DNA of 64,000 nucleotides from positions 64,001 to 128,000 of IMG/VR virus record IMGVR_UViG_3300028887_000075; one strand, 5' to 3'. Under the pieces are notes generated by a model. That model made no database searches and was not told where the DNA came from. It worked only from the letters and a program-made list of their open reading frames with translations. This document shows positions 47,468 to 55,683 of this stretch, one piece after another; position 1 is the stretch's first letter; every line of letters begins with the position of its first letter. Source of the DNA: a virus. Its lineage: Duplodnaviria > Caudoviricetes. The position numbers and the translations under genes are program-made.

Positions 47468-47764
47468 CTATATTCTATATTCCTGTATGCTGAGCAGGGT
47501 ATCGGTTGCCGGTTTCCCGTTACACCTGAACCGGAAACGGGATGTGCCGGTAAGCATAAGGTGGTCAAGGGCATTCAGCCTGTCGGTGATGCGGTCGGAG
47601 GCGAACGTTATTTCGTTGTCCGTATCCGCGTCGAATACAGTTACACACGAACCGCTAAGTAATCGGTACGCCTCATCCGTGAAATGTATGGATAGGTCCT
47701 CCCGCTTGAACCCGTGCGATACGATATGGCCGGTATATAGCGACGATTCCAGTAAAAATACCAT
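47468..47764 (-). CDS. Hypothetical protein
   Basis: AAGGAG RBS; promoter motif upstream. Confidence 0.6.
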   Translation of the reverse strand: MVFLLESSLYTGHIVSHGFKREDLSIHFTDEAYRLLSGSCVTVFDADTDNEITFASDRITDRLNALDHLMLTGTSRFRFRCNGKPATDTLLSIQEYRI

Positions 47765-47785
47765 GTTTGGCTCCTTGGTTTGCTA

Positions 47786-47830
47786 CAAATATAGCAAAAA
47801 CTGGGGCTACCGGGAAAATTGCTATATTTG
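47786..47830. promoter_or_regulatory. Divergent pair of TTGCTATATTTG promoter motifs
   Basis: Minus-strand copy 47786-47797; plus-strand copy 47819-47830 followed by TGGC-ATG. Confidence 0.78.
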
Positions 47831-47834
47831 TGGC

Positions 47835-48488
47835 ATGAAGAAACAGGAACTATTCAACCTTCCGGAAGAAGGTGCCGAACTCATCCGGCTATACGATGAA
47901 ATCAAGAACACTGACGACAGCCAGTTCGTCAACCCGGCCAGCAAGAAGGAACGCTTGCTTGGTATGGTAGATGAATTGCATGCCGCTCTGCAACAGGTAG
48001 ATGACGGAAATGCGTCCTTCGACTATGTGGCGCATATTGCCTCCGACTTGCTTGCGCAGTGCAATGCCAAGGAAGCAAAGGTCAGGTACGACAAGACCAA
48101 GGACCAGATGCTCGGCGAAATAGTGGCCAAGCTCCGGCCGATTGTCACCGATGCCTTGCTGGGAAAGAACGTATGCGTAAAGGGCGGTCCGGACAATTTT
48201 CAGTATTTCAAGGTATACGAGGTCATCGTCAAGAGGTATGCGTTTAACGAGCTATGTATACTTTTCAAGGGGTTGGGCTTCGAAATATGGCCAAAGGCGT
48301 TCAACTGTAAAGGAAATGCTTTCCCTACATTCGGCGCAAAGTCCGGACATGGCGTGCGGCTTGTACTAACCGGGAAAGACCCGTTTGCCGATGAATGGCT
48401 ATACGTGCTTTCCGACGAGGAAATGACAAGGGTGTTCCGCACCACAATCGACGACATGGCCAAGACCATGGAAATACCGGGGTACTGA
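47835..48488 (+). CDS. Hypothetical protein
   Basis: ATG 4 nt after the promoter motif. Confidence 0.65.
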   Translation: MKKQELFNLPEEGAELIRLYDEIKNTDDSQFVNPASKKERLLGMVDELHAALQQVDDGNASFDYVAHIASDLLAQCNAKEAKVRYDKTKDQMLGEIVAKLRPIVTDALLGKNVCVKGGPDNFQYFKVYEVIVKRYAFNELCILFKGLGFEIWPKAFNCKGNAFPTFGAKSGHGVRLVLTGKDPFADEWLYVLSDEEMTRVFRTTIDDMAKTMEIPGY

Positions 48489-48504
48489 TTGGAAGGAGTA
48501 ATCT

Positions 48505-48960
48505 ATGTGGGGATGCGTAAATGGATATCCATTCGGCTCGTCCGCCGGAGACAATGAGGTCAGAAATATTCTACAGCCGGTACTGGACAAGTACCCGGAA
48601 GCGAAGCTGGACTACGACGAGTTCCATTCGATTACCCTGGAGTATTTTGGCCATACAATGCACTTGGAAGCCATATTCTTCCCTTTTGATGAGCGTCATG
48701 TGGCCGAGATAGTGGACTCGTGCATACGGTGTGCTTCAAAGGAACAACTGTTCTACGACCGTCTGGAATATCTCAAGGAGATATTTGATAGGTTCCCAAG
48801 CGCGTTCATGGACATAGACAAGGACGGACGGCTTGTACTGGACTACCACGGTCGGCAGTATGACCTGGAGACCGTATATGACGTGAGGGATTCGCTTAGG
48901 CTCCTATTGCTTGCTAAGGACATGAGGGCGAATGACGAGTATGACGCGAGGGAAAAGTAA
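48505..48960 (+). CDS. Hypothetical protein with internal duplication
   Basis: LDKYPEA.LD.D....I.LEY.G recurs as FDRFPSA.MD.D....L.LDYHG. Confidence 0.6.
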   Translation: MWGCVNGYPFGSSAGDNEVRNILQPVLDKYPEAKLDYDEFHSITLEYFGHTMHLEAIFFPFDERHVAEIVDSCIRCASKEQLFYDRLEYLKEIFDRFPSAFMDIDKDGRLVLDYHGRQYDLETVYDVRDSLRLLLLAKDMRANDEYDAREK

Positions 48961-48989
48961 TACAACAACTAATTAATGGAGATAGCCAG

Positions 48990-49526
48990 ATGATTACCTT
49001 TGAAGAAGCACACAGGATACTGGACAGGGTCGAGCAGAAGAGCAAGGACCAGAAAGCCGTGGCAATCGAGCGGTTCGACCGGTTCATCCACACGATGGCA
49101 CTGTACCACGAGGACTTCAGCAAGACATGCGAGCTCGCCATGCGTAGGTACCGCATGAACCATCCTAATGGCGACGACGAGAATTTCTGCTACGGCAGCA
49201 TCGACACAAATCCCGTATTTCTGCAAGCAGTTCATGACGAAGCAGGCAATATGGCCATTTCCCTCGCCGTATTTAAGCATACCGACTATGGCCAGTACCA
49301 GATTGTTCTTCTTCCAAACGGGCACATCCGGCTGGACGGTCAGTGGACTACCATCGAAAAACTCAGGGACCGCCTCTGCGGAACCGACGACCTCAACAGT
49401 AACGTAATGGTTAACGTGCCGATTACTTTCATGTACCTCCTCGACTGGCTGGAAGTGATGGTTCCAGATAGGCTTGGACAACTGAAAGTTCTACTGCTGG
49501 AATTTATAGAAGCACTGGAGAAATAA
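48990..49526 (+). CDS. Hypothetical protein
   Basis: GGAG RBS. Confidence 0.6.
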   Translation: MITFEEAHRILDRVEQKSKDQKAVAIERFDRFIHTMALYHEDFSKTCELAMRRYRMNHPNGDDENFCYGSIDTNPVFLQAVHDEAGNMAISLAVFKHTDYGQYQIVLLPNGHIRLDGQWTTIEKLRDRLCGTDDLNSNVMVNVPITFMYLLDWLEVMVPDRLGQLKVLLLEFIEALEK

Positions 49527-49591
49527 CATGACAACCCAGAAAAATACACCCAAGAAGACCCTGGATGCCGGCAAACACAAGGAAACGTAAT

Positions 49592-49759
49592 ATGACCAGA
49601 TTCACGCGTGAACTCGAAGAGCTCAAGAAGCTCGCCGACAATAGAGATACTGAAGTGGCGCACCTGAACGCTGATGGTATTCTCTGCGATATTCTTAAGA
49701 AGCTCGGCGAAGAAGACATAGTGAAAGCGTACAATGCCGTCAAGAAGTGGTATGCATAA
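49592..49759 (+). CDS. Small phage hypothetical protein
   Basis: D.E.AH..AD.ILC..L..LG...IV.AY....KWYA pattern I recognise from phage proteins. Confidence 0.65.
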   Translation: MTRFTRELEELKKLADNRDTEVAHLNADGILCDILKKLGEEDIVKAYNAVKKWYA

Positions 49760-49781
49760 TGAATAACCGAGGAATAGAAGC

Positions 49782-50060
49782 ATGGCCACTCAGAAAAAGA
49801 CACCCAAAAAGACCCTGGACGACGCCATCAAGGCGCTATCCAAGGCAAAGACCAAGAAACAAATTTCGAAGTGCGCCGGTGAAGTCATAAAGCTGGCCGA
49901 GGAGAAGCCCGAACGGACGAGGACCAGCCCGAAGTATTCCCGCTTCATAAAGGCCACCCCCGACCTGAAGGGCAGGCTCGTCACCAGGTTCTACGTGGAC
50001 AGGACCCTCGACTTCTATGTCACCGATGTGAACTACCGCCGCCCTTTAGGGCGGCGGTAG
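49782..50060 (+). CDS. Hypothetical protein whose 3' end lies inside an IS-derived palindrome (possibly truncated)
   Basis: Last codons and stop are supplied by the 50028-50065 palindrome. Confidence 0.55.
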   Translation: MATQKKTPKKTLDDAIKALSKAKTKKQISKCAGEVIKLAEEKPERTRTSPKYSRFIKATPDLKGRLVTRFYVDRTLDFYVTDVNYRRPLGRR

Positions 50061-50067
50061 TTCACAT
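50026..50067. repeat. Perfect 42-nt palindrome made of two inverted IS605 right-end tips
   Basis: AT-GTGAACTACCGCCGCCCT-TT-AGGGCGGCGGTAGTTCAC-AT; right arm matches the element end at 30267-30284 with one mismatch. Confidence 0.85.
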
Positions 50068-50187
50068 GAAAATGGCTATTTCAGCCAAAATACCCAGGAA
50101 AAAAATACATTACCAATTTTCAAAAATCGCGTCGATTTCCACAAAAAACGGTATAGTTTCCTGTACAGAAAACCAACGAGGCCATCA

Positions 50188-51276
50188 ATGTACAGGGGAA
50201 TATACAACCTCCGCTCCGCAGACGACAACATTATACTCACCGCCGAGCAACTAGAAGAAAGCATCAAGTGCTCCAAGGACCCGGTGTACTTTTTCAGGAA
50301 CTACTGCTATATACACAATGCGAGACAGGGACTGCACCTGTTCCAGCCACGACCCAGACAGCTGGCAGAAATCCCGGTGCTTTCATCGGAGAAGATGGTC
50401 AAGTCCGACTGGTACCGGCAATCCGGATATACCACGCTGGTACTGGCGCTCATGCTATGGAAGGCGATGTTCACCGCAAATACCGCATGCCTATACATGA
50501 TACCCAAGAAGGAACTGGCATACGAAAACTTCAACGAGAAGGTCCGCCAGATGTACCTCGCGCTCCCTGAATGGCTACAGACGGGAGTCAAGGAATGGAC
50601 GCACGAGAGGATAAGGCTAGCAAACGGTAGCATTTTCTGTGCCAAGGCGGCATCCGCCGACAATGCGGCTGGTATAGGATGGGACTACATATTCATCGAC
50701 GAGTTTGGCTGGATTAAGGACAAGGCCATGATGGAAATAGTCAACCGGCTGTTCCCGGTCGCCTGGTCCTCGAAGAAACAGCACCTGATACTGGGCCAGA
50801 GCCACCGGTTCGGACGGCAGACACCCGCCAACCTGCTGTTCTGGCAGAACAACACGCTGCCGTTCCACGTGTCCGAGTTCACATGGGACCAGGATGAGCG
50901 GCTGGACGCGAAGTGGGCAGAAGCGGAGAGGCTGCGTATCGGGGACCGGAACTTCGAGAAGCAATACTGCGGGAAGATAGAGATGAAGGACGACCCGGAC
51001 GGACTCCCTGAACAGTTCGGCAGGTGGACCGTATGGGCGGAGGGAAAGTTCCCGGATGTCAAGGAACGCTCCGGAGGAAGATACATTTGTACTGTAGCAA
51101 TGTTCAGCCGGTCCACCGGCCTGCCGGTAGGCACACCGCATATAGATGTGCTGGCCGCGGATGGCAACGGCGTGTTCCACGGGCTGTTCAGCGACGACGG
51201 GACATACGAGAAGGTAGTCGCATGGATGCCAGCACCGGAGATACCCGGGGAAGTCCGGGAGATTTACGGGGAGTGA
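50188..51276 (+). CDS. T4 gp17-like terminase ATPase-domain paralog with degenerate Walker A, no nuclease domain and a DUF551-like C-terminus
   Basis: Y.G..NL...E..KC..DP.YF..NY, RQSGYTT, LP.WLQ.GV.EW....I.L.NGS, IFIDEF; tail W...FP...VVAWMPAPE.P. Confidence 0.75.
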   Translation: MYRGIYNLRSADDNIILTAEQLEESIKCSKDPVYFFRNYCYIHNARQGLHLFQPRPRQLAEIPVLSSEKMVKSDWYRQSGYTTLVLALMLWKAMFTANTACLYMIPKKELAYENFNEKVRQMYLALPEWLQTGVKEWTHERIRLANGSIFCAKAASADNAAGIGWDYIFIDEFGWIKDKAMMEIVNRLFPVAWSSKKQHLILGQSHRFGRQTPANLLFWQNNTLPFHVSEFTWDQDERLDAKWAEAERLRIGDRNFEKQYCGKIEMKDDPDGLPEQFGRWTVWAEGKFPDVKERSGGRYICTVAMFSRSTGLPVGTPHIDVLAADGNGVFHGLFSDDGTYEKVVAWMPAPEIPGEVREIYGE

Positions 51277-51310
51277 GTTGGGGGCTACCGGGAGACTACC
51301 GGGAGGCCAC

Positions 51311-51856
51311 CTATATCCGGCAGTAAGAGTTGACGAACTCCCTTATCGTATTTACCGTGGAGGAACCGTTGTCGAAATCGCAGCATATGCTTTCGTCCCC
51401 TTCTCCGGTGTACTTGACGTGCTTAACGCTCCATCCCGTAGGACCGTAAAGGTCATAACCCAAGGCGGACTCTGTGATTCTGAGCGATTCCTTAAGTACA
51501 TTCCTGTATTGCATGACGCCATAGTTCTCCTTGCAGAATATCTCTATGGTGGGCGAGCCTGCCGTGAAGGTCACCGAGAAAGAGTACGGGGTGCCGTCGG
51601 GAGTGCGCTCATCCCGGCGTATCCGGCAAATCTGCTCCATGAAGTTGTCCACCGCGATGGCTACCAGGGAATGCCTGGCATCGGCTTCGATAGCGGCGAT
51701 TGCCTCCAGCGAGTCCAGCCTCGTCCTGTACTCATGGATTGCCTTGTCCTTCACCTCGGAAAGCTGCTCCGGGCTGATAGGAGTGGGGTATACTTTCAGG
51801 TTGCCGTCGTCGAACTTGACCTCGAAACTTAGTCCTCCGTCTAGCGTTATCCTCAT
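51311..51856 (-). CDS. Hypothetical protein
   Basis: AAGGAG RBS; TTGCTATATTTG on the minus strand at 51888-51899. Confidence 0.65.
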   Translation of the reverse strand: MRITLDGGLSFEVKFDDGNLKVYPTPISPEQLSEVKDKAIHEYRTRLDSLEAIAAIEADARHSLVAIAVDNFMEQICRIRRDERTPDGTPYSFSVTFTAGSPTIEIFCKENYGVMQYRNVLKESLRITESALGYDLYGPTGWSVKHVKYTGEGDESICCDFDNGSSTVNTIREFVNSYCRI

Positions 51857-52030
51857 GTGGCGCTCCTTTGCTTATGCGCTATATGGGCAAATATAGCAAA
51901 TTCCGGCGGGGAGCACCGGGAGGCTTGCCTGCCGGTACCGGGTCAACCGGGAGGGCCCTAGGTGGTACGCGGGGTATACCGGGGGAGAGTACTGGTTCAT
52001 AGTGTACAATATTAGTAATCAATATTTTAC

Positions 52031-52294
52031 AATTATCGGCGGGAAAGATGCCACCCTTCAGGGTGGCATATGAGAGCCGACGAAAAAATAGAAAAAGAAC
52101 TTGCATTTTTGAAACTGTTAAACTATATTAGGAACTGTCAGGCCGAAGGACACTAAATATGCGGGTACCTCCGGAACGGAGGAAACTTATGATGGTGGAC
52201 TGGTGGACCTATATATCCAAACCTATTCTGGAACGGACAAGTTCGCTGGGTTGAAACCAGAAGCTGCCGCCCTTTAGGGCGGTCTGTAGTTCAC
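52031..52294 (+). mobile_element. Non-autonomous 264-nt IS605 derivative: left end + promoter + omegaRNA scaffold + right end, no ORF
   Basis: Follows TTAC (52027-52030); left end GAAAGATGCCACCCTTCAGGGTGGCATATGAGAGCCG; TTGCAT-17nt-TATATT; 130-nt block homologous to 30155-30284 ending TTCAC. Confidence 0.88.
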
Positions 52295-52302
52295 ATTGTT
52301 GA

Positions 52303-52602
52303 ATGGCTACTATGGAAACGCATCTTATCATGTTGCGGGATGCCTTCGATGCATCCCGGATTGCCGGAGTAAATGTCCGGGAATTAATTGACGCCGGTAT
52401 ACCTGTCGGTGACATGGATATCGGTTTCGCTACTTACTTCGACATATGTCCGGGCTGGGAGCCAGGTACCGCCTGGCCAGGAACCTCCATGGACGATGGT
52501 TATCCGCTTATTGGGATGATGGTGCATAGCTGTCCTGCCGGCTATAGCGTTTCACATTCGGTTTTCGACAAGTGGCATTTCTACCTCAGGACAAAGGTTT
52601 AA
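52303..52602 (+). CDS. Hypothetical protein
   Basis: ORF between the mini-element and uvsX. Confidence 0.5.
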   Translation: MATMETHLIMLRDAFDASRIAGVNVRELIDAGIPVGDMDIGFATYFDICPGWEPGTAWPGTSMDDGYPLIGMMVHSCPAGYSVSHSVFDKWHFYLRTKV

Positions 52603-52617
52603 ACAAAGGATAATGTT

Positions 52618-53964
52618 ATGGCTGCAGCAAAGAAAAAGGGAGCAAACGCGCTTGCGGAGAATCCGTGGGCATTTTTCGATACGGTCGTTACGACCGACAA
52701 GTTCGTCGACGCGGGTGTTGACCGCCCGACGTACGGTTTCGCAGATTCCGGGAGCTACGCGCTGAACGTGCTTCTTTCCGGCGACGTCTATGGGGGATTC
52801 CCCAAGAACAAGGTCGTGCAGACGGCAGGCCTGCAGGGTTCCGGTAAGTCCCTGCTCGGCAAGTACAACTTCTGCCCACCGCTGTTCAAGGACAACTACT
52901 TCATCTACTATATCGATACCGAGAACGAGACCACCCGGAAGGACCTCGAGTTTTTCGCATCCTTCCCGTGTCAGCAATTCAAGGTGCTTCACTTCCATAC
53001 GGTAGAGGATTGCCACCACGGTATCTCCACCATCCTCAAGCAGCTCGAAGATTATATGGAGAAGAACAAGACGCTCATCAACCCGCACAAGGTTGCTTTC
53101 GTCCTTGACTCCCAGGGCATGCTGTCCACCGCCAAGAACATCACCGACGTGCTCAAGGGTGACGACAAGACCGACCTTACCAAGGCAAAGAAGCTCTCTG
53201 CGATGTACCGTGACCTTACCTTCCGTCTTGGTGAACTCGGTGCCCCGATGTATGTCACCAACCACATGTACCTTGACCCGAACGCGGCCACCACCCATAC
53301 CGAGACCAAGAAGGTCGCCGGTGGCGAAGGCGCCAAGTATTCTGCTTCCATCATCCTGTCCGTCTACAAGATTACCGAGCGTGTCGACAGCGGAAAGAAG
53401 GATGACTACGGCAACAAGGTCAAGGAGGTCCAGGGTATCTTCATCCAGGTCGGTAACATCAAGAACCGCCTTGTCCATGAAGGACTTAGCACCCGTCTCT
53501 ACCTGAGCTACAAGAATGGTCTCAGCCGCTACTACGGTCTCCATGTCTGGGCGCAGGAAGCCGGTCTCATCGTTCCCTACACCAAGCAGGCCGACTGGCC
53601 TGGCCTGGAACTTCCGAGGAACCCCGACGGTTCCACCTTCCTCGGCAAGAAGTGGGTTATCTGTGACCCGCGCAAGCCCCGTACGGAATGGCTGGTCGCT
53701 CCGGAGAACAAGATTCATTCCGCCAAGTATATCGGTACGATTCTTGACCCGATTAACGACTATGTAAAGGCCAAGTACAAGAACCAGAAGATTGGCGTGT
53801 TCGGCGACGAGGATACCGAGCAGGCTACCGAGGATGAGCTTGCCAACGTAGACGAGGCCGCGCTCGACCAGGCAGACGCCGAACAGAACAGCCGGTTCAT
53901 CCGGGAGGCTGCCCAGAAGGCGGAGGCCCTCGGGCTGGTCGCAGAAGGCTCCGCCGAAGACTAA
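52618..53964 (+). CDS. uvsX: RecA/UvsX-like recombinase
   Basis: DSGSYALN.LLSG...GG.P, AGLQGSGKS, YIDTE, VLDS.G.L, VTNH.Y, GGEG.KYSAS. Confidence 0.88.
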   Translation: MAAAKKKGANALAENPWAFFDTVVTTDKFVDAGVDRPTYGFADSGSYALNVLLSGDVYGGFPKNKVVQTAGLQGSGKSLLGKYNFCPPLFKDNYFIYYIDTENETTRKDLEFFASFPCQQFKVLHFHTVEDCHHGISTILKQLEDYMEKNKTLINPHKVAFVLDSQGMLSTAKNITDVLKGDDKTDLTKAKKLSAMYRDLTFRLGELGAPMYVTNHMYLDPNAATTHTETKKVAGGEGAKYSASIILSVYKITERVDSGKKDDYGNKVKEVQGIFIQVGNIKNRLVHEGLSTRLYLSYKNGLSRYYGLHVWAQEAGLIVPYTKQADWPGLELPRNPDGSTFLGKKWVICDPRKPRTEWLVAPENKIHSAKYIGTILDPINDYVKAKYKNQKIGVFGDEDTEQATEDELANVDEAALDQADAEQNSRFIREAAQKAEALGLVAEGSAED

Positions 53965-53976
53965 TTAAAAAAGTTG

Positions 53977-54006
53977 AAGACCGGCCCCTCTCCGGGTCGG
54001 TCTTTT
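53977..54006 (+). terminator. Intrinsic terminator after uvsX
   Basis: AAGACCGGCCC...GGGTCGGTCTT-TT hairpin. Confidence 0.7.
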
Positions 54007-54016
54007 GCTATATTTG
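54005..54016 (+). promoter_or_regulatory. TTGCTATATTTG promoter motif
   Basis: Exact motif upstream of the helicase. Confidence 0.7.
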
Positions 54017-54045
54017 GGAACGAACGAACTCGGATTTTGACTGCT

Positions 54046-55683
54046 ATGGAAAATTTGCAAAATCCTACGTTCGCGCAGCCTGTTCCGGCGATGCAACCGG
54101 GGTATCCCCCGGTAATGCAACCGCCACCTCCGCAGCAGCTACCGGTAGCTCCCGGTGGCTACATGCAGCCCCAGCAGCAGGTATATGCGTTAACGCGGGA
54201 AGACTTGGTAATTAGGGTATTCTTCCAGGATTCGGTAGTGGGACCAAAGCTACGCGATTCCCTGCGTGCGGAACTGTTCCAGGACGTGAACAACCGCAAC
54301 ATCGTGGAAATTATCCGGAAGTACATGCATAAGCATGGTCGTGTACCAACGGCACAGGAACTTATCACCGGCATGGGGGCGAACGACTACGCCATACAGG
54401 CCCGTGACAAGCTGATATTCATCTACAACACACCCATCCAGACGATGCATCAGGACTACGTGGTTCTGATGGTTGAGTCCTTCTTCAAGGAACGTCTGGC
54501 CGAGGAGGTGTTGGTGTCTGCCGCGGAGCAGATTCACGACAAGAAGGTTGATGGGATACGTGACCTCATCCCGCGTTTGCAGGCTGCAGTCACGTACAGC
54601 CTGCATACCGACCTGGGTCTCAACCTCTATTCGGATGCGGATACGGCACTGGCGAAATTGCGCGAGCAGAAACAGTGCATCCCCTCCGGTATCAATGAGA
54701 TACGATACTACACTGGTCGCCCGGGACTTGACGGAGTCATGGTCGGGGGCGGATACTACCGCAAGACGCTTTCCCTGTTCGTCGGGCAGCCCAACATAGG
54801 TAAGTCCCTTGTCCTCTGCTCGGAGGCGGCATACGCATACAAGAGCGGGTTCAATGTCCTCTACATAACCCTGGAACTTGCCGAGGACTATGTGTGGCAG
54901 CGTCTCGCGGCCAACATATGCGAGGTGGACTTCTATTCGGTGATGAGCCTTACCGGTGACGAGGTCAGGAAGAAGATTGACGAGAATGTCGCCAGGTTCT
55001 CCGCTACCGGCGCCCGTCCGGGACAGCTCCAGGTTCGCTACATGAAGACCACGACCACCCCGGTGGAAATCGAGGCGGTCATCGACTCGTTCGAGATTGC
55101 TCACGGTAAGTTGGATTTGCTGGTCGTTGACTATATCGGTATCATGAAGCCGGCGAGCCGTGGCAGGGTCTCGGAGTCAAGCATGTACCAGGACGGTGTC
55201 GCCAAGGCCGAACAGCTTCGCGATATCGCCATCGAGAGGAACTTCGCCTGCCTTTCCGCAGTGCAGTTCAACCGTTCCGGCTACCACAATACCGAGGCGG
55301 GCATCGAGTCGGTCGAGGGTTCTTCCGGTTACGCCGAGACTTCCGACCTGATGATTTCGCTGACGGCGAACGACGTGCTCCGAAGCATGGCGATGTTCAG
55401 CCACTATATCCTCAAGTCCCGCCTCGGACCGGCGCTCGTTACCTTCCTTACACGGTGCGACTTCAAGCAGATGCGCTGGTTCAGCCCGAGTAAGGAGGAG
55501 GTCAATGCATACAACACGGCTGCCGCCGAGGCGGAACCGCAGATGAACGCTCCCCAGAGGAACGGACAGAAGGGACAGCCGAAGCGTGCGGTAAGCAAGC
55601 CGGCAGAACCCCAGGCCCTCCCGGAGGCTACCGGGGAGACCCAGGAGGCCGTCAAGGTAGAGACCGTGGCGGACTACGTATGA
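54046..55683 (+). CDS. T4 gp41-like (DnaB family) replicative helicase
   Basis: GQPNIGKS, VLYITLEL, LVVDYIGIM, AEQLR.IA...SAVQ.NR.G, KSR.G; Pro/Gln-rich N-terminus. Confidence 0.88.
   Translation: MENLQNPTFAQPVPAMQPGYPPVMQPPPPQQLPVAPGGYMQPQQQVYALTREDLVIRVFFQDSVVGPKLRDSLRAELFQDVNNRNIVEIIRKYMHKHGRVPTAQELITGMGANDYAIQARDKLIFIYNTPIQTMHQDYVVLMVESFFKERLAEEVLVSAAEQIHDKKVDGIRDLIPRLQAAVTYSLHTDLGLNLYSDADTALAKLREQKQCIPSGINEIRYYTGRPGLDGVMVGGGYYRKTLSLFVGQPNIGKSLVLCSEAAYAYKSGFNVLYITLELAEDYVWQRLAANICEVDFYSVMSLTGDEVRKKIDENVARFSATGARPGQLQVRYMKTTTTPVEIEAVIDSFEIAHGKLDLLVVDYIGIMKPASRGRVSESSMYQDGVAKAEQLRDIAIERNFACLSAVQFNRSGYHNTEAGIESVEGSSGYAETSDLMISLTANDVLRSMAMFSHYILKSRLGPALVTFLTRCDFKQMRWFSPSKEEVNAYNTAAAEAEPQMNAPQRNGQKGQPKRAVSKPAEPQALPEATGETQEAVKVETVADYV

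Noticed and set aside
49782-51276. ORF 49782 and the terminase paralog as one gene split by the palindrome (removing 40 nt gives an open in-frame fusion ...YVTDENGYF...)
   Set aside because: A second frame is also open across this stretch, the linker is AT-rich, and it contains the GGTATAGTTTCCT motif seen before another gene; cannot be decided without homologues
50188-51276. Annotating this as the functional large terminase
   Set aside because: Walker A lysine is missing, there is no nuclease domain and there are no neighbouring portal or head genes
50026-52294. CRISPR array built from the CCCTTTAGGG palindromes
   Set aside because: Copies are dispersed (about 28470, 30260, 50040, 52050, 52270), not regularly spaced, and are explained as IS605 ends
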